From Microcystis aeruginosa NIES-2549 (GTDB taxonomy: Bacteria > Cyanobacteriota > Cyanobacteriia > Cyanobacteriales > Microcystaceae): a stretch of 32,000 nt of DNA. A program made the translations under genes and the position numbers. The stretch spans positions 3,750,001-3,782,000 of the forward strand of contig NZ_CP011304.1 in NCBI RefSeq assembly GCF_000981785.2, read 5' to 3'. The stretch's first letter is position 1. Each line of letters opens with the position of its first letter. This document shows positions 9,721-17,400 of this stretch, one piece after another. Below the pieces are notes generated by a model that was not told the DNA's origin, made no database searches, and worked only from the letters and a program-made list of their open reading frames with translations.

Positions 9721-9746
9721 CCAAACATTGTTAATCAATTATCTAG

Positions 9747-9781
9747 CCTCCGTTCAGGATAACGGAGGTTTTTCGCTTTTT
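9747..9781 (+). terminator. rho-independent terminator of ilvB
   Basis: CCTCCGTT-caggat-AACGGAGG stem followed by TTTTTCGCTTTTT, 27 nt after the ilvB stop. Confidence 0.75.
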
Positions 9782-9791
9782 CTCTACTCTT

Positions 9792-10003
9792 TAGGGTTTG
9801 CTGAATAAATCTAAAAACCTTGTTGGATAGGAATTTTAGACTTTTTGTCAATCAAAAAGTGCCAGACCTTGGGGTGATCGGGGGGGGGAAGTTTAGGGAC
9901 TTTTTCCCTGAAAATTAGGTAATTGACCAGATGAAAATCGGTAAAACCCTACACCCCACACCCCACACCCTACCCCCACGAAAAACTTATTCAGCAAACC
10001 CTA
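9792..10003 (+). mobile_element. MITE family A, copy 1 (~212 bp)
   Basis: Terminal inverted repeats TAGGGTTTGCTGAATAA ... TTATTCAGCAAACCCTA. No ORF. By eye it is roughly 80% identical to the reverse complement of 27897..28100. Confidence 0.75.
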
Positions 10004-13000
10004 AATACAGTTCCTTATTTGGTTTTGCCAAAGATTCATTAACTGAGTTTCCATTGCTTTAATCCAGGTGGCCGTTTGAAATAGTGGTAAATCTCCCTGT
10101 TTTTGCTGCCATTGCTGAGTGAATTGGCGCAGTTCCTCCCAGTGGGTCCCCCAATAAATTGCTTGGACTTGATAGGATTCCCTACTTTCACAGACAAAAG
10201 ATTCTAAACCAGCAGCGTGGCAAATACTCATCCCCATTCGCGAAGCAAAAGTATCTCCAGGACAAGTCAGTAAAGGAACGCCAGCTTGAATGGCGCAAAC
10301 AGAAGTCGCTCCGCCATTATACAGAAACGTATCTAAAAACAAATCTGCCTGCCGACACACAGAGATGAATTCCCATGGCGAACGCTTAACTAAAAAGACA
10401 AGACGCTCTGGGTCAACGCCTGCGGTTTTCGCTTTTGTTCGCAGGGTTTGGGAAATATCCTCAGAAGACTCCGCCAACCACAGCACAGCGTTGGGTACAG
10501 CTTGCAAAATCTTGAGCCAGCAAGCAAAGAGTTCAGGCGACCATTTATCAGTGCGATTAAAACAAGCATAGACAAATCCCTCGTCTGGTAATCCCAGTTC
10601 CGACCGCGATGGCGGTGGTTCAGAAAAAGACAAAGGAGTAGTAACAAAAACGTGGGGTAATTCCACTAAAGTTTCCCTGTAATATTCCGCCAAATCTGGG
10701 GGAATTAAAAAGCGATCGCCCAGGATGTAGGGGATAAAATCTGCACCAAGGGTATCAGGATAACCCAGATAGTGGAGTTGCAGGGGAGCCGGTTGAAGTG
10801 CGAGAATTTCGGGACGACAGAGATTCGTATAACCACAGAGGTCGATTAGGATATGAATGCCATCACTGTGGATTTTCTCGGCGGCGGCTTCCACGCTCAG
10901 GGGGGCGATTGTTTCATAGTGGTCACACCCGGACCGAATCTGCTCCGTAATCTCATCAGTCGTATTCGACAGGGAATAGGCATATACCTCAAATTGATCG
11001 CGGTTATGGTATGCAAAAAGCTCCCGAATTAAAAAGCCGACAGCATGGTTGCGAAAATCGGCGGAGAGATAGCCAATCCGTAGTTTAGACGGTGTTTCTC
11101 GCGGGAAAATAAACCCTAAGCGGCGCTTCGACTCTACCATCCGCGCCTCGATACTTTTTGCCCAGTGACGGTTAAAGTCCCGGTGGAGAGTGAGAGAAGC
11201 GGGAAAACTGTTAAGAGAAAGGGGAGGTAGGGCCGCGTTTTCCTGGGTTTGAAGATAGTTCTCGAGCCGCGCTAAAAGCGCCGACATCCGTTGGTCATAG
11301 TCGTCCCAATCGCAAAGAGCAACTTGAAGATGTTCTCGCCGATATAGCACATTCAAATTATCCGGTTCCAGAGTTAAAGCATAATTAAAACACTCTAACC
11401 CCTTATTCGGATTGCCTTCCGCTTCATAAATTTCTCCAAGATTGCGATAAATACCTGGGATTTCGGGGTTGAGATCTAATGCTTTCTTAAAACAGAATTT
11501 TGCCCCGGTGATATTATTAACGCTCATTAGCAATCCCCCTAAATTCTGGTAGGCGGCGATATAATTTTCATCCAGACGGATTGCTTCTCGGTAATATTCC
11601 ATCGCTGCCGCAATATCTCCCAATTGCCGATAGAGATCCCCCAGCGCCAAATGCAAAGAAGCGCAAGGAAGGTAAATTAATCCCTGCTGCAAAAGTTGGA
11701 TTGCTTCTTGATAGCGGTGTTCATTGCTATACAATCCTCCCAAATTCTGATAAGCTACTAATAAATTCGGTTGCAGTTGAATCGCTTTTTGAAAAGCTTC
11801 AATTGCCTCTGGTAAATTCCCCTCCAGTTGCCACAAACTCCCTAAATTGCAATAGGTTGGAGCGTAATTGGGAAGTAGTTGGAGCGCTGATTGATAGAGG
11901 GCGATCGCCCCTGAATAATCCTGAAGTGCTACCCGTTGTTTCGCCTCCTTAAAAATAGTTTTTAGTTGAAATTTAAGGGAAAGATCAACTTTCTCATCCG
12001 CCTTTGCAAGTGTCAAATTAGATGGCTCTTCTTGGGAAACACTTGCAAGAGTTTTGTTCAGTAATTCCTGAAACAGTTGGTAAGATTCTTGGGCAAATCT
12101 TTGGGGTTGCCATAAGGTCGCTTGATGGTCGGTTTGTTTCGATTGCTGTAAGCGTTCTCGAATTTGTTGGCGAAGTTCAGAATCAGTCCCGTATCGCACT
12201 CCCCACTCAATATATTCTTCCCAACTGTAGGCGACACCTTCATCAATTCCCAAATTTTGCAGGAACGAATAGCCAAAACGAGATACCGCCTGTTTTCCGC
12301 AGCGAGTAACTAACGGTACATTAAACCAAAGAAACTCTAAATTGTGGCTCCCGCCATTGTAAGGATAACTGTCTAAACCCACATCACCAACATAGTAAAA
12401 TAGGCGATGTTCTTCCTCTAATTTTGGGCGTTCTAACCAACGACAGCGTTGGGGATCAACCCCAGCTTTTTCGCACTCTTCTTGATAGATTGTATGCCGA
12501 TAACTATAGCCTTTGTGGAGCAAAATACTGTTAGGTACTTGTTTGAGAATCGCCACCTGAGATTTCACCAAATCGCGGGTCAGTTTTTTCCCCGGTTTCA
12601 CCGAAAGATAAACCACCGTATCTGGTTCAATTTGTAAATTCTGACGCAATGTCTCACGCTCAAATGCTAGTACCGGAAAATCTTCGATCGCTATACCAGT
12701 CTCAGATAGATAAAGTAATTGTTCTTGATAGTATTGTTGTAACTCTGGCGGGTGGGTACGGCGATCGCAGAGGTAATAATTTTTCTCAGAAATATAAGGC
12801 GGCTCGCAACCTAACCAGGACACCACCACCGGCGCTGGTCGTTGGGCCAAAAGTAAAGCGTGCTTAAAATTCATTAAAGAATCAAGGTCAATCAAAATAT
12901 CGAGCCGATCAGCCCTAAGTTTTTCTAGAATTTCTTGCGGTGTTTGCTGAGAAAGATCGCTAAACTTTGCCCCTGTATGTTGAAAAGAATGCGTCAGATC

Positions 13001-15379
13001 ATCAGTCGCAGCAACACCAGTTTGGTACAAGAAAAGATAGGGGGTTAACTGCGCCCAGCCTTGAAGAATACTGCGACAACACCAACCGACAGAATGTCGT
13101 CGAAAATGCTGGGAAATAACGCCGATGCGTAATCCATCATTCCTCGTTTTCTCTTCTAATTCCCCACTATTTTGAGGAGAACTAGAGACCGGAAAAAAAT
13201 CAAGACAGTGCTGATGGTAAGCTTGGCTAATCAGTTGACTAAGGCGACTATTAGCAGCCGGATCGTCTCGCAAGTAGGGCAAACTAAAGAGGAGATATTG
13301 GTAAAGTTTTTGGGCTGCTTTTTCTTGTAAGTCTAGCTCCGGCTTTAAGAGGAGTTCTTCTAGGGCAGAAAAATACTGTTGGGACTGAGCATAAAAGCCA
13401 AATTCTAAATAGCCAGCCGTCAAGATGGTCAGCAGAACAATTCGATCAGATAGAGAAATTTCGCTATGGGGATAGTCCTGAATCTGGGCGTAGATTGTCC
13501 CCAGATTGTCATAAGCAGTTATCAAATCTGGTTTAATTTCTAACGCCCGTTGAAAAGCTTGAATCGCTTCTGATAATTTCCCCTCAAGTTGCCACAAACT
13601 CCCCAAATTGCAATAGGTTGGGGCGTAATTGGGAAGTATTTGTAGCGCTGATTGATAGCAGGCGATCGCCCCTGAATAATCCTGAAGCGCTACCCGTTGT
13701 TTCGCCTCCTCAAACAGGCTTTTTATTTGAACTTTGAGCAAAGGATCAGCCTTCTCCTGTGACGCTTGCTCTCGCAAATCAGGATGACCTTTGGTGGCCA
13801 ACATCTGATTACCCCAAGCATCAATCTTCCAGCCTCGCCCCTTGAGAAGGGGTTCTAAAGCCGCACTCGTCCAGCGGCTAGGGGTATAGAAAACGCGGAG
13901 AGTCTTTATCCCAGCATCCCAGCAATCCTTTTCCAACACACTCACTAAACGGGTAGCAATCCCTTGGTGACGGTAAGACGGCTCGACAAATAAAGAAATG
14001 ATTTCTGCTGTACCATCTGGCGAGTATTCACCAATCACAAAACCGAGTAAATCTCCCTCAAGCGCAGCAGATACACCGACAATTTCCCCCTTGGGGGACT
14101 GATTTTTCCAGCGGACCTGCAAACTCGGGAACATGATCCCATCATAAGGGGCGAGGCTTTCAGGATTAAGGTGATAGACCCGTTGGAAATTAATCGCAGC
14201 ATTGAGAGGCAGGTCCAGTCGGTTCCAGGCTTCCTCTTCCCCTTTAGCAAGCATCGTTGTGGCTTCCGATGGGGAAGTAGTCGCCTCTGGTACGCCAGCG
14301 ATGGGTGCTTTCGGTCCAAGACTGGGACGCTTAACCGTTGGTCTTGTCACCATTAACCCCTGACTTTCCGGGAAACAGACCAAACGTTCAATATCTTCAT
14401 TTTGTAAACCCAATAACTTCGGTCGTATCACCCCGGGTAAGACCACCACATCGAATAATTCTTCAATAGTGTCGTTAAAAATCAGAGAGTGGACAATTTC
14501 TCCGGTATTTAAATCCACTACCATTAGACCGCACAGAGCCTTATGTCCCGTTGCTAGAAGGCGTTCTTCCAACACTAGACCGCTAAACACCGCCGACCGT
14601 AACTTAGAAAGTCCGACAAAGGCATAGTTTTTCCAAAAGGCAAGCCCTCGCACAAAAGCCGAACAAAAGGTGATGGGATAAAATTTTTCCGCTTCAATAT
14701 AACCCAATTCTCCTGAACCCGAATTTAGCACCCAGAGTTTATCTCGATAAAAACGGGGAGAGTGGGGCATTGACAGTCCCCGCATGATAATTTCGTTACT
14801 GGGAAGATGGAGTAAAATGCCGCCATCCTGACGACAATTTCGCCAACCGGCTCCCTGATTAGTCCCACTGCAAGCGCTCAGATAAATTGGCTGTCCTTCT
14901 ACCAACGCCAATCCGTTTAAATGACAGCGGTCTTCCGCCCGCAGCTCAGAAATAAACGGCGGTTGCCAAATCGGGTTAAAACTATATCCAGTTTTGAGTT
15001 CAGCGAGACAACTAAAATCAGTATTAACAAATATTAGTTTTCCTTCTCCATCTAGTGCCACATCATGGACATTTACATTCCCCGTGGTGTAGGCTGAACT
15101 CGGTACATAAAGGCGATCGCCGTCTTGAAAAGTTTCTCCCGGTACGAGGCGGTTTTCCAGAGTCCAAATTTGATAGCGGGTACTCATGTAGAGAGAAGTG
15201 GAATCAGCATACAGTCCCATCGGTTTGTCGAACAAACGTTCCTGTAGCGTAATGCGCCCATCTTCATAACTTCCCAACATAATCAGTCGATTAGTTTGGT
15301 AAGTCGTGAAAGCAACACTAATTTTTTCTTGTTGTAACCAAGCTCCCAAATTCGGTGAGCATTCAATTTTTAAATCCAT
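10001..15379 (-). CDS. 1,792-aa multidomain protein: TIGR03032-like beta-propeller / GNAT acetyltransferase / TPR / GT41-like (divergent) / TPR / GT41-like (OGT-SPINDLY type)
   Basis: - aa 1-335 match the conserved TIGR03032 pattern (ISVAFTTYQ..., YVPSSAYTTGNVNVHD, EDRCHLNGLAL, GLSMPHSPRFY, LNSGSGELG, CGLMVVDLNTGEIVH).
- aa ~430-530 are GNAT (YRHQGIATRL).
- There are two TPR blocks.
- There are two LRIG(V/Y)xSxxFRxHxVG...YNGG(S/A)T modules typical of glycosyltransferase family 41.
- ATG start. Confidence 0.88.
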   Translation of the reverse strand: MDLKIECSPNLGAWLQQEKISVAFTTYQTNRLIMLGSYEDGRITLQERLFDKPMGLYADSTSLYMSTRYQIWTLENRLVPGETFQDGDRLYVPSSAYTTGNVNVHDVALDGEGKLIFVNTDFSCLAELKTGYSFNPIWQPPFISELRAEDRCHLNGLALVEGQPIYLSACSGTNQGAGWRNCRQDGGILLHLPSNEIIMRGLSMPHSPRFYRDKLWVLNSGSGELGYIEAEKFYPITFCSAFVRGLAFWKNYAFVGLSKLRSAVFSGLVLEERLLATGHKALCGLMVVDLNTGEIVHSLIFNDTIEELFDVVVLPGVIRPKLLGLQNEDIERLVCFPESQGLMVTRPTVKRPSLGPKAPIAGVPEATTSPSEATTMLAKGEEEAWNRLDLPLNAAINFQRVYHLNPESLAPYDGIMFPSLQVRWKNQSPKGEIVGVSAALEGDLLGFVIGEYSPDGTAEIISLFVEPSYRHQGIATRLVSVLEKDCWDAGIKTLRVFYTPSRWTSAALEPLLKGRGWKIDAWGNQMLATKGHPDLREQASQEKADPLLKVQIKSLFEEAKQRVALQDYSGAIACYQSALQILPNYAPTYCNLGSLWQLEGKLSEAIQAFQRALEIKPDLITAYDNLGTIYAQIQDYPHSEISLSDRIVLLTILTAGYLEFGFYAQSQQYFSALEELLLKPELDLQEKAAQKLYQYLLFSLPYLRDDPAANSRLSQLISQAYHQHCLDFFPVSSSPQNSGELEEKTRNDGLRIGVISQHFRRHSVGWCCRSILQGWAQLTPYLFLYQTGVAATDDLTHSFQHTGAKFSDLSQQTPQEILEKLRADRLDILIDLDSLMNFKHALLLAQRPAPVVVSWLGCEPPYISEKNYYLCDRRTHPPELQQYYQEQLLYLSETGIAIEDFPVLAFERETLRQNLQIEPDTVVYLSVKPGKKLTRDLVKSQVAILKQVPNSILLHKGYSYRHTIYQEECEKAGVDPQRCRWLERPKLEEEHRLFYYVGDVGLDSYPYNGGSHNLEFLWFNVPLVTRCGKQAVSRFGYSFLQNLGIDEGVAYSWEEYIEWGVRYGTDSELRQQIRERLQQSKQTDHQATLWQPQRFAQESYQLFQELLNKTLASVSQEEPSNLTLAKADEKVDLSLKFQLKTIFKEAKQRVALQDYSGAIALYQSALQLLPNYAPTYCNLGSLWQLEGNLPEAIEAFQKAIQLQPNLLVAYQNLGGLYSNEHRYQEAIQLLQQGLIYLPCASLHLALGDLYRQLGDIAAAMEYYREAIRLDENYIAAYQNLGGLLMSVNNITGAKFCFKKALDLNPEIPGIYRNLGEIYEAEGNPNKGLECFNYALTLEPDNLNVLYRREHLQVALCDWDDYDQRMSALLARLENYLQTQENAALPPLSLNSFPASLTLHRDFNRHWAKSIEARMVESKRRLGFIFPRETPSKLRIGYLSADFRNHAVGFLIRELFAYHNRDQFEVYAYSLSNTTDEITEQIRSGCDHYETIAPLSVEAAAEKIHSDGIHILIDLCGYTNLCRPEILALQPAPLQLHYLGYPDTLGADFIPYILGDRFLIPPDLAEYYRETLVELPHVFVTTPLSFSEPPPSRSELGLPDEGFVYACFNRTDKWSPELFACWLKILQAVPNAVLWLAESSEDISQTLRTKAKTAGVDPERLVFLVKRSPWEFISVCRQADLFLDTFLYNGGATSVCAIQAGVPLLTCPGDTFASRMGMSICHAAGLESFVCESRESYQVQAIYWGTHWEELRQFTQQWQQKQGDLPLFQTATWIKAMETQLMNLWQNQIRNCI

Positions 15380-15552
15380 AAAAAATACATGACTTACGAA
15401 ACTCCCAGGACGGGAGCACTGTTTCCTCCTCCAGTTGACAAATTTCTCGCCAGAATTCTTGTTCGGAAGCGCTGGGTTCAGTCATAGTCTGGTTACGACT
15501 TGACCCAAGCGGCGATTCAGTAGGCGTAATCCCTCACCTTGATGGTCTATAC

Positions 15553-15578
15553 CCTGGCGCAACGAAAGCTGCGCCAGG
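15553..15578 (-). terminator. 9-bp-stem hairpin downstream of the PEP-CTERM gene (weak terminator candidate)
   Basis: CCTGGCGCA-acgaaagc-TGCGCCAGG, 56 nt after the stop at 15634. There is no clear U-tract on the minus strand, hence the low confidence. Confidence 0.3.
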
Positions 15579-15633
15579 CTCTCAAGGAACAGACTGAGGA
15601 ATGCAGGTTTGAATTTCTAGTTAGACTGACTTT

Positions 15634-16290
15634 CTAAGCATCCTTGTTTTGTTTCTTATTCCTTTTGCCATGCTTTTTTTTAAGAATCGGGAGAGCGACT
15701 AAAACCACGCCAGTACCAAGAATAGTTGAGGGTTCGGGAATCTGCTCAGGGGGTTCGGGAATCTGCTCAGGGGTGAAGTTAAAATTAGTAATCGTTAAAA
15801 CCCCAGGCCCGCCGGTGTTGTTGTCGGTTTCGACAATAAAACCAAAAGTTTGTCCCGCCGTCAGAGACAAGGAAGAGACATGGTAATTATCGCCGTTTTG
15901 GAACCCTAAATAAGTGGGAGTGTTATTGATAATGTAACCCCCGCGATCGCCCGCCGCGCCTGGTGTATAAGGAACGTTTTCACCAGCAAAGGTCCAAGCA
16001 AAAGAAACTGTCCCTCCCTGAGTAATGGGGCCTGCTATCCAGTTGGTAGTTCCAGATGCCAAACTCTCATCATTTCCACCAGTCAAAACTACAGTTCCAC
16101 TTGCGGCATTAGTGGTATCTACTGAGCCATCAGCATCACTGTTATTGAGAGTAAAATTCCCTGGAGCAAATATGCCAGCGAATCCAAGAGCTAAGGCAGG
16201 GGAATGAAACCCGACAACCGCAGCAGTGGCGACAGTTGCTAGGAGAAAACTCCTGGAAGGCTTTAGACGAGAAACGAAGGAAGTATTCAT
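15634..16290 (-). CDS. PEP-CTERM sorting-domain secreted protein
   Basis: N-terminal signal peptide (LLATVATAAVVGFHSPALALG). C-terminal PEP motif, hydrophobic helix and basic tail (PEPSTILGTGVVLVALPILKKKHGKRNKK). ATG start. Confidence 0.85.
   Translation of the reverse strand: MNTSFVSRLKPSRSFLLATVATAAVVGFHSPALALGFAGIFAPGNFTLNNSDADGSVDTTNAASGTVVLTGGNDESLASGTTNWIAGPITQGGTVSFAWTFAGENVPYTPGAAGDRGGYIINNTPTYLGFQNGDNYHVSSLSLTAGQTFGFIVETDNNTGGPGVLTITNFNFTPEQIPEPPEQIPEPSTILGTGVVLVALPILKKKHGKRNKKQNKDA
15731..15772. repeat. perfect 21-bp tandem duplication (GGTTCGGGAATCTGCTCAGGG x2) inside the PEP-CTERM signal
   Basis: Direct reading of the sequence. It encodes PEQIPEP-PEQIPEP on the minus strand. Confidence 0.9.
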
Positions 16291-16345
16291 TGGTTTTGCG
16301 ATTAATTAATTGGCGAAAGACTGATGAATTAGTGGTTGATGAAAT

Positions 16346-16458
16346 GGCGTTGCTGATTTGAGATATGAATCTTCTCTTGTGGAATTTTTAAAACCTAGAC
16401 CCAAACTAACTTTTCGATGGGTGCAAGGTTGGCATTCATACCTTGATTCAGCAACGCC
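16346..16458. mobile_element. small MITE-like element, family E (~113 bp)
   Basis: Inverted termini GGCGTTGCTGA(t)T ... (a)TTCAGCAACGCC. Its left ~45 nt recur at 1859..1905 (downstream of cydB) with a few mismatches. Confidence 0.45.
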
Positions 16459-16472
16459 GATGAAATTACCCC

Positions 16473-17183
16473 TTAAATTGTGAAGTAATGATTGACATTT
16501 AAGGTGCCAGCAGTAGTAGGAGCATTCAATAACGAGCCAAACTTGACCAGCAGATCTGCTGTACCATTAAAGGCGGCTGTTCCATCATTTACCGATAGGT
16601 AGTAGGAGGAGCCATACCTGAATAAAAGTGATTCATTGGCTTGTAAATTGGCAGCAGCATAAGCCTGACTTGTGGCATTGCTTAAACTGGTTGCGGTTAT
16701 CACGCCGGCGTAGGAGAGTTTACTGGGGAGGGAGGATAATTGCAGGCGATCGCCCTCGGTCGAATTAAAGCGAGAAATAGTATCCATCGAGTTAAGCAGG
16801 GAATCGCTGAAGTTGGGATAAAAGAAGGTGTCCTTTCCGCTATAACCCAGGAGGTTATCAGCACCAGGCCCCCCTTCAAAAGTATTGGTGCCGAAGTAGC
16901 CAAATAGGTTATCATCTCCCCCCAATCCTCGAAATACTTCATCGGGGACAGTCGTCGGTGGTGCCGCCAGATTACCTGAGAGGTTATCTTTGCCTGAAGT
17001 TCCCGTAAAAGTAATCGCCCCAGTTGTATTATCGTCATTGATGATCTTGCCTGTTATGCTTCCCGATGAAATGGTTGTTCCCACCGGATTACTCAGGATC
17101 AAGGTGAGGGTTTCGTCAGGCTCTACGTCTGTATCGCCTTGAACCGGAACAGTGATTGTCCCGGAAAGCTGACAGGGGGACAA
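16473..17183 (-). CDS. detached C-terminal fragment of the giant surface-protein gene (end of a Calx-beta domain, RTX-like GGxGxD repeats, T1SS-type C-terminal target-like tail)
   Basis: The ORF opens with a TTG that lies inside the MITE terminal repeat. From 17168 downward it continues the interrupted Calx-beta domain (TITVPVQGDTDVEPDETLTLILSNP...INDD). This is followed by GGDDNLFGY.GTNTFEGGPGADNLLGYSGKDTFFY...DTISRFNSTEGDRLQLS. Confidence 0.7.
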   Translation of the reverse strand: MSPCQLSGTITVPVQGDTDVEPDETLTLILSNPVGTTISSGSITGKIINDDNTTGAITFTGTSGKDNLSGNLAAPPTTVPDEVFRGLGGDDNLFGYFGTNTFEGGPGADNLLGYSGKDTFFYPNFSDSLLNSMDTISRFNSTEGDRLQLSSLPSKLSYAGVITATSLSNATSQAYAAANLQANESLLFRYGSSYYLSVNDGTAAFNGTADLLVKFGSLLNAPTTAGTLNVNHYFTI

Positions 17184-17400
17184 GCTGGCTGAACTCCTTA
17201 CATCACAAGCTTTTTGGGGTGTTGGAGCGAAAAAGTTCGATGCAGCTCACCCCCCGTTGTTGATAAATATTTCTAGTAAGCTCGCCCAAATCCCTGATTA
17301 TTTCGTTAGCTTTTTGGCTGAAAGCGATGTATCTGTTTGTAACTGAGGAGCCTCAAAACCTTTGTGGACAATGCTTTGAGAGGTCTTGTCCCCCTGTCAG
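17169..17400. mobile_element. MITE family C (232 bp) inserted in the giant gene
   Basis: Perfect 16-bp TIRs: CTGACAGGGGGACAAG (17169..17184) and CTTGTCCCCCTGTCAG (17385..17400). They are flanked by a 9-bp direct duplication CCCGGAAAG (17160..17168 and 17401..17409). No ORF. Confidence 0.9.

Noticed and set aside
10159-15252. Numerous 60-123-aa ORFs on both strands inside the 1,792-aa gene.
   Set aside because: All are nested in a long ORF whose domains are recognisable end to end. None has an independent motif.
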